In this document: positions 19,201 through 26,243 of the stretch, piece by piece
How positions within the stretch are numbered: the first letter of the stretch is position 1
How the letters are laid out: the number at the start of each line of letters is the position of its first letter
Origin: Thermoplasmatota archaeon
GTDB taxonomy: Archaea; Thermoplasmatota; Poseidoniia; Poseidoniales; Poseidoniaceae
Direction: 5' to 3'
Assembly: GCA_030830875.1 (NCBI GenBank)
Contig: JAURMD010000161.1
Location: 1 to 34,087 of the forward strand
DNA length: 34,087 nucleotides
The notes under the pieces: generated by a model
What the model was told of the DNA's origin: nothing
The model's input: the letters and a program-made list of their open reading frames with translations, nothing else
Databases searched by the model: none
Translations under genes and position numbers: made by a program

Positions 19201-19296
19201 GGTCTTGGAATCGGCGGTCTCGTTGTGCTTTTCGCTCTCGTGGTGATGCTCCGCCGCGGTCCGGTCTCGTTTGACGAAGCCTTCGGGGAGCGATGA
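16237..19296 (+). CDS. Large secreted, C-terminally anchored acidic surface protein with three Ig-like repeats
   Basis: Signal peptide; beta-rich acidic body; three repeats of the form V.V.D..G(V)..V..DLS.LG, two with (N/D)D.G..GD...GD..W; C-terminal TM helix followed by RRG. Confidence 0.85.
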   Translation: MGARAIGLVLLLMFALIPSPAQGDLVTPELVVDWQGDGAGHRYELRMGDDASYDINVILEIERSLQSLQPEVNVTWSTVEGRSVATLNADLAPEWGDDVHLEVTVLTKDGEAVTGPVLNRAFTVGRWNQPMDDHELTTTSSWTLEQRRTNNDGPQAFVLDFSGHGWQQRVDNRLDSWDLGDGSLLMLETIDSSTMDLNLTLDRVWRNQSSIGGVVTSTVFDASGYGSLILIDTSGGLRSVVTTTVSEASLNRSVVLGVVDERLRIEANGSLSVNEDDQEEAGGQYDLDGTVSVLLLELWDENGTRRLDHQQVEAQANLVLIEDGTRMDLDLDAFSSLQRWEDGVRVDQHELLKGEGTFGFEDQDENATMVVNGTVHRFHQESVDGITTQDTLHVDGTLSGDVQGTFGVVRGIEATTTTMNASGVTFDVNVIHQEDWFNISGLGGGSFLDGAGVGAHHNESWSYDVVGIDYDNRTVRLIWEQTGPDPSEGDERPPRSPVPLEAQAPEPVDGLGEVDVGRETGLVPIPMQAGDRVVLNGQEGLTMQVQVIEQSTDVADGRTFTTVRWSGTYLDVEGTASGQLVAVGPLSGLSTSVVRSVEVPYGEESDVAWLNETQHLDRVLSPSVVTEGQNTLPALVSLLTPSGSAVAEGGRSAVLVAEVEDPDWNLREVVADLSALGLGLRSLNDKGLDGDTSVGDDRWSTVVSIVDGNVGVFSVPVTMTDAFGEVIDATWSINVENPGPRAVGFDIVPDRVERGSTVIIEVTVVDQHGVESVNLDLSLLGGGVEAMERVDGTDRWGLSFEVPSTSIPGTVQLFLEMTDGQGATRRSSVTVDSRRGLVGPFSGDGVAEPVPLELLVLNDAPSIVVPPRLELKTDDRGRCVPYEVEVSDLDGVRTVQIDRGTLTPLGSNAGWSDMVDDGSQGDLVAGDGIWTSCVEVRSGTPLGAHELLLRASDVFGAVSPSASAVVSLAVGDDPTQPGRGVSQGILWVGLGIGGLVVLFALVVMLRRGPVSFDEAFGER

Positions 19297-19321
19297 GCCT
19301 TCAACACCCCGTCCGACAACC

Positions 19322-19330
19322 GTTTATACT
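19322..19330 (+). promoter_or_regulatory. TATA box of tRNA-Gly
   Basis: TTTATA about 30 nt upstream of the mature tRNA 5' end. Confidence 0.65.
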
Positions 19331-19355
19331 CCCGCCCGGTGGGCCGACTGCACAC

Positions 19356-19427
19356 GCGAGTGTAGTGTAGTGGTTATCACCTGGCGTTGCCAACGCTAGA
19401 ACCCGGGTTCGAGTCCCGGCACTCGCA
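19356..19427 (+). tRNA. tRNA-Gly (GCC)
   Basis: Acceptor stem GCGAGTG/CACTCGC plus discriminator A; anticodon arm TGGCG-TTGCCAA-CGCTA; T arm CCGGG-TTCGAGT-CCCGG. No intron and no encoded CCA. Confidence 0.97.
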
Positions 19428-19461
19428 TCTTCCTGTGTTCAATGAGGCGTGTCGCAGCATT

Positions 19462-19482
19462 GTAATTTCTATAATAATTCAT
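19462..19482 (+). promoter_or_regulatory. AT-rich putative promoter of alba
   Basis: GTAATTTCTATAATAATTC upstream of the alba start. Confidence 0.5.
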
Positions 19483-19537
19483 CAAGAGAGGGTTCTTTCG
19501 GCGGAGCCTTGATGATGTGGAGGGGGATGTTTGCCCT

Positions 19538-19855
19538 ATGTCCGACCGCGTTGTCTACATCGGAAGCAAGCCCGTGCATCTGTACGTCCGGGCCGTGGTG
19601 ACGGCGATGTCCAACGGGGACTCAACGGTGGTGCTGAACGCCAGAGGCACGACCATCTCAAAGGCGGTCGATGTGGCGGAGTTGTGCCGTCGACGCCACG
19701 GCCAAATCGCAGCAGGGCTTCCTGCATCCGTTCACGTTCGTGGTGTAGAGATCACAACCGAAGACGTCGAACGTCGGGATGGAGAAGGGACGCGGGGCGT
19801 AAGCGTCATCCGCATTACGCTTGAGGGCGAGGGCGACGTCCCCAATCAGGACTGA
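19538..19855 (+). CDS. albA: DNA/RNA-binding protein Alba (Sac10b family), divergent
   Basis: VYIGSKP..LYV, ARG..ISKAVDVAE, VEITTE, VSVIRITL. Confidence 0.88.
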   Translation: MSDRVVYIGSKPVHLYVRAVVTAMSNGDSTVVLNARGTTISKAVDVAELCRRRHGQIAAGLPASVHVRGVEITTEDVERRDGEGTRGVSVIRITLEGEGDVPNQD

Positions 19856-20217
19856 GCCTCAATGAGGCGTTGCAAACGACGAGTGATCTCGTCCGCGGTC
19901 GCTTCGTAGACCGCTCGCTCCTTGTGCACGGGGTCATCCAAACCCCAGTCATCGTCGAGGGGAAGGTTGGGGCATTGCACTCCACAACCCATCGAGAAAA
20001 TCATGTCCGCAGCGTCCACGTTGACCTCATCAATTGATTTGGGTCGTAGTCCTGACGTGTCGATGCCGCGGTCCTTCAGGACGGCCAAGGTGTGACCTGC
20101 GATTTCCATTCCGGGGTGCGTGCCAGCACTGCTCGCCTCAAATCCCAGGTGCCGTGCGATGGCTTCGGCAAGTTGTGAACGGCACGTGTTGCCAACGCAA
20201 ACAAAGAGCAGGTGCAT
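19846..20217 (-). CDS. arsC: Arsenate reductase ArsC (thioredoxin-coupled) / LMW phosphatase family
   Basis: P-loop CVGNTCRSQLAE, SAGT, second Cys pair MGCGVQCP, WGLDDP. Overlaps the alba 3' end by 10 nt. Confidence 0.85.
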   Translation of the reverse strand: MHLLFVCVGNTCRSQLAEAIARHLGFEASSAGTHPGMEIAGHTLAVLKDRGIDTSGLRPKSIDEVNVDAADMIFSMGCGVQCPNLPLDDDWGLDDPVHKERAVYEATADEITRRLQRLIEAQS

Positions 20218-20296
20218 GGTTGAGTGGGGTGGCCACCTGCTTTGAAGGCTCCGAAGGAAAGCATGTGTTCTCAAGGCCGAAGTGCCTCGCTGGGGC

Positions 20297-20659
20297 ATGG
20301 GTCGTTTGGTGGTGCTTGCTCCGCAGGCTTCGGCCTTGACGGTCTGGGTGCTGCTCTTTGCAGGCCACATCGTCGCTGCCTCCCAAGGCCATTGGGGACT
20401 GTTTGAGGTGATGTCGTGGACCTTGGGCCTTGTGGGGCTTTCCCTTGGTGGTGTGGCCGTGATGATGGCTCGTGCTTTTGACCTCGACGTGAACCACGTG
20501 AGCGTCTTGACACAGGGTCAACTCATCGCACTTCCCTTGTCGGCCTCGTTTGGTTGGGCACGGGACGGGATCGGCATTGAGTTGCTGTTGTGGCCGTCGC
20601 TCTCACTTCTTGCATGGTGGGCGCTTCGTCGATGGTTGTACGGCGTCACCAACGGCTGA
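20297..20659 (+). CDS. Hypothetical membrane protein (about 4 TM)
   Basis: Hydrophobic ORF filling the gap between arsC and mrp, co-oriented with mrp. Confidence 0.65.
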   Translation: MGRLVVLAPQASALTVWVLLFAGHIVAASQGHWGLFEVMSWTLGLVGLSLGGVAVMMARAFDLDVNHVSVLTQGQLIALPLSASFGWARDGIGIELLLWPSLSLLAWWALRRWLYGVTNG

Positions 20660-20694
20660 GCGCGACTTGAAAAGAGCCCCACCAATGGAGGGGC

Positions 20695-21708
20695 ATGGCC
20701 GGTTCCCCCGTCTCGACGCACGACCCCGCAGCAGGAGAAGGCGCTGCCCCCGCATCACCTTCACCGGACCAACAGCGGCAAATGGAGCAAGCCTACGCCC
20801 AGATGAAGCGAAAAATGGCGATGCAAGCCCTCGGAAAGCGCATCAAACACAAGATCATGGTCCTCTCAGGAAAGGGCGGGGTTGGCAAGTCCACCGTGTC
20901 CACGGGCCTCGCGCTGTCCTTGGCTCAGCAAGGGCACAACGTTGGCATTTTGGACATCGACATCACCGGTCCTAACGTGCCCAAAATGATGGGGCTGAGC
21001 GGCAAGCGCCTCCATGTCGAAGAAGGGCGAATACATCCTGCGGTCGGTCACAATGGTGTCAAGGTCATTTCCATGGCCTTCTTGCTGGACGACGATGACA
21101 CGCCCGTCGTGTGGCGAGGTCCCATCAAGCTCGGCGCCATCCAGCAATTCATTGGGGATGTCGAATGGGGTGACCTCGATTACCTCGTCATCGATTTTCC
21201 CCCCGGCACGTCCGATGAACCGTTGACGGTCGCCCAATCCCTTCCAGACATCGATGGGATGGTTATCGTGACCACGCCCCAGGACGTGGCCTTGCTTGAC
21301 AGCCGCAAGTCGATTGGCTTCGCTGAGTCCCTCAAGGTCCCGGTGCTCGGTGTCGTTGAGAACATGAGCGGCTACACGCTGAGCGGCCGTGCACCCGCCG
21401 GAACCGAACTTCAGATTGCAGGGCCCGGTGGTCGGATGCACAACATCACCGCCGATGCCTCCGGTACGTTCTCCGTCACCCTCGACCTGTTCAAGCAAGG
21501 CGGAGGAAAATCCACAGCAGAGGAATTTAACGTGCCTTTCTTGGGCGCCCTCCCCTTCGACCCGGGCTTCGTCCGTGGGGGAGACGATGGCGTTCACCGT
21601 ATCGTCAGTGACCCTGAAGGCCCGTCGGCTCAGGCCTTTGCTCAGGTCGTAGCGGCCATTCAAGATCGAATTGCCATTGGCGGAAGCAGCAGCCTCGAGA
21701 TTGTCTGA
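20695..21708 (+). CDS. mrp: Mrp/ApbC/NBP35 family P-loop ATPase lacking the CxxC motif
   Basis: SGKGGVGKST, DIDITGP, VVWRGP, WGDLDYLVIDFPPGTSD, VTTPQDVA, VENMS. No cysteine anywhere in the 337-aa translation. Confidence 0.92.
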   Translation: MAGSPVSTHDPAAGEGAAPASPSPDQQRQMEQAYAQMKRKMAMQALGKRIKHKIMVLSGKGGVGKSTVSTGLALSLAQQGHNVGILDIDITGPNVPKMMGLSGKRLHVEEGRIHPAVGHNGVKVISMAFLLDDDDTPVVWRGPIKLGAIQQFIGDVEWGDLDYLVIDFPPGTSDEPLTVAQSLPDIDGMVIVTTPQDVALLDSRKSIGFAESLKVPVLGVVENMSGYTLSGRAPAGTELQIAGPGGRMHNITADASGTFSVTLDLFKQGGGKSTAEEFNVPFLGALPFDPGFVRGGDDGVHRIVSDPEGPSAQAFAQVVAAIQDRIAIGGSSSLEIV

Positions 21709-21718
21709 GGTGAGGGTC

Positions 21719-22075
21719 ATGAGCGGCGACATCCCTCGGCTGGTCCGTCTGGAACGTCGACCGAGCGACCTTCACCTCACATGGGAAGACGGAACAGAGC
21801 ACGAGGTGACCTACGATGACCTCAGGCATGCATGCCCGTGCGCCAAGTGTGCGCCCTCGCGCAACGACGATGGCACCAGCGCCATCCTTCGGAGGGAGGT
21901 CGAATCCTTGCCTTCGACGCTGCCCACCGTGCGAACCGTGGGCCACTATGCAGTGACCTTTGAGTGGGACGACAAGGGATGCAGCTCCGGTATTTACCGC
22001 TTTGAACGACTGTGGGCCCTCGGACGTCGTGAAGACCCCGACGGCGGACGACCCTACGTGCACGGAGCGTGGTGA
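21719..22075 (+). CDS. DUF971 / gamma-butyrobetaine hydroxylase N-terminal-like metal-binding protein
   Basis: L.WEDG...LRHACPCAKC...VGHYAV.FEW..GCSSGIY. GAGGTGA RBS before ATG 21719. Confidence 0.85.
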   Translation: MSGDIPRLVRLERRPSDLHLTWEDGTEHEVTYDDLRHACPCAKCAPSRNDDGTSAILRREVESLPSTLPTVRTVGHYAVTFEWDDKGCSSGIYRFERLWALGRREDPDGGRPYVHGAW

Positions 22076-22076
22076 G

Positions 22077-22745
22077 GTGTTTGAGGCCGTGGAGGTGCTC
22101 CACCTCGGGGCAGAGGCCGAAGTGACCGCTGGCCGATGGCTTGGTCTTGATGCAATTCGTAAGCAACGCCGCTCCCGTTCCTGGCGCCATCCTGATCTTG
22201 ACGAGCGCCTTGGCCGTCAGCGGTTGCTTGGAGAAGCAAGGCTGCTGCTTCGGCTGCATCGTGCTGGATTGCGCGTCCCGGCCCTGTACGACGCTGACGT
22301 TGAGCGTGACGTGCTCATCATGGAACGATTGCACGGCCGGCCGCTGATCGACGTGCTTCGTGACCCCTCGACCCCCGACGTTCTTGCCGTGATGCGCGCT
22401 GTTGGGTCTGAAGTTCGTCGGCTTCACGCTCATGCTGTGACCCACGGTGACCTCTCCACGAACAACATCCTGGTGACCCCAGATGGGAACGTCGCCCTCA
22501 TCGACTTTGGATTGTCCACGATCGAGTACGATGTGGAACGCTTTGGTATTGACCTGCATGTGCTCGACGAAGTGCTTGGGGCCAGCCACCCCGATCGTCA
22601 GGGGGCGATGGAATCCCTGCTCGAGGGCTACCTCGCCTCTGACCTCGCAGCGGCACAGGAAGGCTCTGGCGGAACGGTTCCATCGGCGGTTGACGTCGTC
22701 GAGCGGTTGGACGTTGTTCGCACGCGAGTGCGCTATCACGGTTGA
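22077..22745 (+). CDS. bud32: KEOPS complex kinase/ATPase Bud32
   Basis: GAEA, K.R....RHPDLDERL...R...EARLL, HGDLSTNN, IDFGL, DLHVL, C-terminal RVRY. GTG start 1 nt after the DUF971 stop. Confidence 0.9.
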   Translation: MFEAVEVLHLGAEAEVTAGRWLGLDAIRKQRRSRSWRHPDLDERLGRQRLLGEARLLLRLHRAGLRVPALYDADVERDVLIMERLHGRPLIDVLRDPSTPDVLAVMRAVGSEVRRLHAHAVTHGDLSTNNILVTPDGNVALIDFGLSTIEYDVERFGIDLHVLDEVLGASHPDRQGAMESLLEGYLASDLAAAQEGSGGTVPSAVDVVERLDVVRTRVRYHG

Positions 22746-22748
22746 TGC

Positions 22749-24812
22749 TCATTCCTCTTCGGTGGCCGTTGAACGAATCGCGCGTTGGCGTTGAACGACG
22801 TTTGCAACGGTCAGCAACAACGCCACGACCAATCCGGTCTGAAGTACGATGTTGGCGTAGGGTTGGAGTTCGACGTGGCGGCTGTGAATTTCGACGCTGG
22901 TCGAACCATCGATCGCTTCCTCGAGGTAAATGATGTGGTGGTCAAGCACCGTGGGGGACCATTGATGCCTGAGGTCCGCCGTCAAGACTTCCGTCCGGTT
23001 GGTGGTCAGGTTGTGGAGGTGGATTTCACCGTCGAGGTACTTGTTCTCAGGGCTGCGTGGATCGAGGTGGTCCCACGCCGTGAAAGCCATGAGGTGCACT
23101 CCGAGGTCTGGATCGGCCGCGGAATATTTGCCGTCACCGATGAGCACCGACGTCGCCGTCGCTCGCTCGTACAGCACGAGCCGATCGACGGTGCTCACGT
23201 TGACCACAGCGGCAAGATGGGTCGGGCTGAGGTCGAGATCAATCACGGTTCTGTTGACGAGATCGACAGGCAAGCCCCATTCCATCATTGCCTGTTCCTG
23301 TTCGACAGGAGCGGAGGCGTTGAGGACGATGCCCACCGACCCTGTTGTTTGAAGCCGTGCGATTCGAACCACGCCCGGAGCATTGGAGGTGGACCACGCC
23401 AGTTCTCCCCCTGACGTGGCCAAGACGGTGACGTTGGTCGCTTCCTCTGGAAGAGCGACGGGCTCCCCTGTGGGGGACCATGCTTCGAGCACACCCTCCA
23501 CCACCGTCAGGACGACCCTACCTTCCGCGACGGCCACGGCCGTAGGTCGAGCCACCAAGGGCAAGTCGAGGACGAGGGGTGCCTCGGACGTTGCTTCGAC
23601 GGCCATCAACCGCGTCGAGTTCGCCATCACGAGCAACCCATGGTCGAGTGCGAAAGGGTCGCCTTCTCTCATCAGAGGTTGGTCCACGAGGAACGGCTCG
23701 TCAGGAAGGGTCAGGTCGTACAGCAGCATCACGTGGGTGCCGCTCTGGTTGTCGAGGGACGCCAACCATCCGTCGGCTGCCGTCGCCCCTTCTGGAGCGA
23801 CCGTCCCACCGGCAGGAAGGGCCTGATGCGTCAGGTCAAAGGTCACGACGAGGAAGACCACGACCAGAACACCGATCAAGGCGAGGCCGGTCTCACGCGC
23901 TTCAGGTCGGCGGTACCGTCGAGCAAGGTCCACCAACGGTGCTGCGAGCGCAGCAAGCGCGATGCGAGGACGCGTGAGCAAGGATGCCAACCGGGCGTTC
24001 ATGGTGCGCTCATCGCCAATTCGCCACACGAAATTCACGCTCCGCTCCGTCAAGGCGACGGCCAACGAGGCAACGAGCAACCCACCGAGGATGTCGGAAA
24101 GCCAGTGGATGCCCAGGTACACGATGGTGAATGCGGTCAGCAGGATGTACCCAAGGACGGTGTGCCTGTACCGTCGCCAGCGTCCGTCCTCATCCCAACG
24201 TAGCAACGTGAGGAAGACCACAGCGGGGATGCCGATGTGGAGGCTGGGCATGCCGTTCGTGAACGGGTCAATCCTTCGGAACCAGTCTGAGATTTCCGGA
24301 TTGAGATCGTAGGCAAGGGTCTCCATGCCTGGAATCACGTCACCGGTCACACGGACGTTGAAAAAGAGGTAGAAGGGGACAGCGAGGACGTAGACCCACG
24401 CGATGGAGAGGACGATTCGATCGGCCATCCAGCGGTCGTCGAAGTACGCGACATAGAACACGGACACGTAGCAGATGAACATGAACCCGGCCACGTAGAA
24501 GTGGGTGAGCAACGAGGTGAGCCACGCGGATTCGAAGGTCTCCTGAACCCTCAACACGAGGTCGCCTTCGATGGCGTAAATCCACGGTGTCATGTCGAAT
24601 CCGGCGCTCGCCATGAGGATCCGATCGATTTGGTCGAGTGAATCCTTGGCGTTGTAAATGATGAGCAGCAGAAGGACATGCACCCAATACCGTCGAATAA
24701 AATCCACAAATCCCGAGAGGGTTAGTTTTGCCCAAGGTGGGGCATAGACTGGAAGCAGGAGCACCCCCAAGGCGAGGGCGCTCATCATCCAGGTGAGGTA
24801 GACACCTTCCAC
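22749..24812 (-). CDS. PAP2_3/AUR1 (IPC synthase-like) membrane phosphotransferase fused to an extracytoplasmic beta-propeller-like domain
   Basis: Multi-TM N-terminal half with NGMPSLH and YLGIHWLSDILGG catalytic motifs, followed by a TM helix, about 320 aa of beta-rich TolB-like sequence, and a C-terminal TM helix. Confidence 0.75.
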   Translation of the reverse strand: MEGVYLTWMMSALALGVLLLPVYAPPWAKLTLSGFVDFIRRYWVHVLLLLIIYNAKDSLDQIDRILMASAGFDMTPWIYAIEGDLVLRVQETFESAWLTSLLTHFYVAGFMFICYVSVFYVAYFDDRWMADRIVLSIAWVYVLAVPFYLFFNVRVTGDVIPGMETLAYDLNPEISDWFRRIDPFTNGMPSLHIGIPAVVFLTLLRWDEDGRWRRYRHTVLGYILLTAFTIVYLGIHWLSDILGGLLVASLAVALTERSVNFVWRIGDERTMNARLASLLTRPRIALAALAAPLVDLARRYRRPEARETGLALIGVLVVVFLVVTFDLTHQALPAGGTVAPEGATAADGWLASLDNQSGTHVMLLYDLTLPDEPFLVDQPLMREGDPFALDHGLLVMANSTRLMAVEATSEAPLVLDLPLVARPTAVAVAEGRVVLTVVEGVLEAWSPTGEPVALPEEATNVTVLATSGGELAWSTSNAPGVVRIARLQTTGSVGIVLNASAPVEQEQAMMEWGLPVDLVNRTVIDLDLSPTHLAAVVNVSTVDRLVLYERATATSVLIGDGKYSAADPDLGVHLMAFTAWDHLDPRSPENKYLDGEIHLHNLTTNRTEVLTADLRHQWSPTVLDHHIIYLEEAIDGSTSVEIHSRHVELQPYANIVLQTGLVVALLLTVANVVQRQRAIRSTATEEE

Positions 24813-24917
24813 GTCCTCACCCGGTTGGCCCTCGCCACGCGTCGGACTTCAAGGTTCAGCGAGCTTGGGGCGAAAAGGTGCGTCTATCGGTGCGCTCATG
24901 AGGTGGGGAGTTGTGCG

Positions 24918-25760
24918 ATGGGCATGGGCGACGAGGTCCTGTTGGTCGAGCGTGTCCCCGTGGATGCAGAACGTCCTGAGGTGGGGGTCGTTGTTGTGGC
25001 CACCATCAACCGTCCAGACAAGTTGAACGCCCTGAATCAAACGGTCATGTCTGCCATCAAAGATTTCTGTGCTGATGTTGAGCGGGACGACAAGGTGCGA
25101 TGTATTGTCTTCACCGGCGCAGCCCCTGCCCCTGCTCCCGAAGGGAAGCGGGCGAAGCCGCACGCCTTCGTTGCCGGGGCCGACATCTCGGAATTCCAAG
25201 GCCTTGGAAGCGAGGAGGTCCGCCCGATGTTTTCAGACAACGGGTGGGAAGCCATTTGGCGGCTCTCCCTGCCCACCATCGCGATGGTGGACGGATTCGC
25301 CCTCGGTGGAGGCTGCGAGGTGGCGGTGTCCTGTGACCTTCGCGTGGCTAGCGACCGCTCTCGCTTTGGCACGCCTGAAATCAACCTCGGCCTCATTCCA
25401 GGAGGCGGCGGTACGCAGCGCTTGGCCCGTTTGATTGGGCACGGTCGCACGATGGAGATGGTGTACACCGGTGAGATGATTGACGCACAAGAGGCGCATC
25501 GCATCGGACTTGTCAACCACGTGACTGCGCCTGAGGAGTTGCGCGATCGCACCATGGCGCTCGCACGAAGCATCGGCAGCAAGTCCTCGCATACGTTGCG
25601 CGTGGCGAAAAGCACCATCCGAGCGGCGTTGGAGACATCGCTCAGTGATGGTGTTCAGGTCGAGGCTGACGCCTTTGCGAACCTCTTCGACACCGAGGAC
25701 AAGGAGATCGGCGTCAACGCCTTCCTCGCTCGCGAGCCTGCCGTCTGGAAGCATCGTTGA
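24918..25760 (+). CDS. Enoyl-CoA hydratase (crotonase family)
   Basis: NRPDKLNAL, FVAGADISEF, ALGGGCE, PEINLGLIPGGGGTQRL; both catalytic Glu present. Confidence 0.92.
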   Translation: MGMGDEVLLVERVPVDAERPEVGVVVVATINRPDKLNALNQTVMSAIKDFCADVERDDKVRCIVFTGAAPAPAPEGKRAKPHAFVAGADISEFQGLGSEEVRPMFSDNGWEAIWRLSLPTIAMVDGFALGGGCEVAVSCDLRVASDRSRFGTPEINLGLIPGGGGTQRLARLIGHGRTMEMVYTGEMIDAQEAHRIGLVNHVTAPEELRDRTMALARSIGSKSSHTLRVAKSTIRAALETSLSDGVQVEADAFANLFDTEDKEIGVNAFLAREPAVWKHR

Positions 25761-25771
25761 TGTGGGCAGCC

Positions 25772-25820
25772 CGGGGTCCCGCAGGACCCCGAGCCGCGGC
25801 CGCGGGACCGTTCGTCCCGT
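25772..25820. terminator. Tandem GC-rich hairpins between convergent genes
   Basis: CGGGGTCC-CGCA-GGACCCCG (25772-25791) and GCGGGAC-CGTTC-GTCCCGT (25802-25820). No U-tract. Confidence 0.4.
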
Positions 25821-25838
25821 ATGGCGCAGTTCAGCGGT

Positions 25839-26243
25839 TCACTGTCGTAGCCCGAGCCGCTTTCGCGTTTCGAGCGGAAGGTGGTGGAGGCAGCGCCGAT
25901 GACGCTTGAGCAGCCATTGTGGCGGTCGGTTGTCCCAACTTCCCGTGGCCTCGTTCCACACCTTCACCCAGTTGGTGTGCTGGAGGTCGTGAAGGATCTG
26001 CGTGTTCTTCGCCTCCTTGTCCGTACAGCACGGTGTTCGGCGACCGACGGTCGCTCGTTCACCGTTGAACGGATTCGGAACATCCGGACTGGCGCCTCGA
26101 CCGCTACGCCGTTGCGAGCCAGTCTCCTTCGGCGCCCTTTCCTTCGCCCTCTCCTTTTCCGCTTTCGCGGCCTGCGCCCTCTCCCACTTCCTGCGGGCAG
26201 ACCCCCCGGGCCGGGTCTTGTTCGTGTCGCTCCTCTTGTTCAT
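25839..26243 (-). CDS. Orphan basic (Arg/Lys-rich) hypothetical protein
   Basis: AGGAGG RBS before ATG 26243, GC3-rich codons, and a TATAAT element about 95 nt upstream. No recognisable family. Confidence 0.6.
   Translation of the reverse strand: MNKRSDTNKTRPGGSARRKWERAQAAKAEKERAKERAPKETGSQRRSGRGASPDVPNPFNGERATVGRRTPCCTDKEAKNTQILHDLQHTNWVKVWNEATGSWDNRPPQWLLKRHRRCLHHLPLETRKRLGLRQ

Noticed and set aside
19356-19540. tRNA-Gly as an integration site
   Set aside because: No integrase, no duplicated tRNA 3' end found in the window, and the flanks are housekeeping genes.
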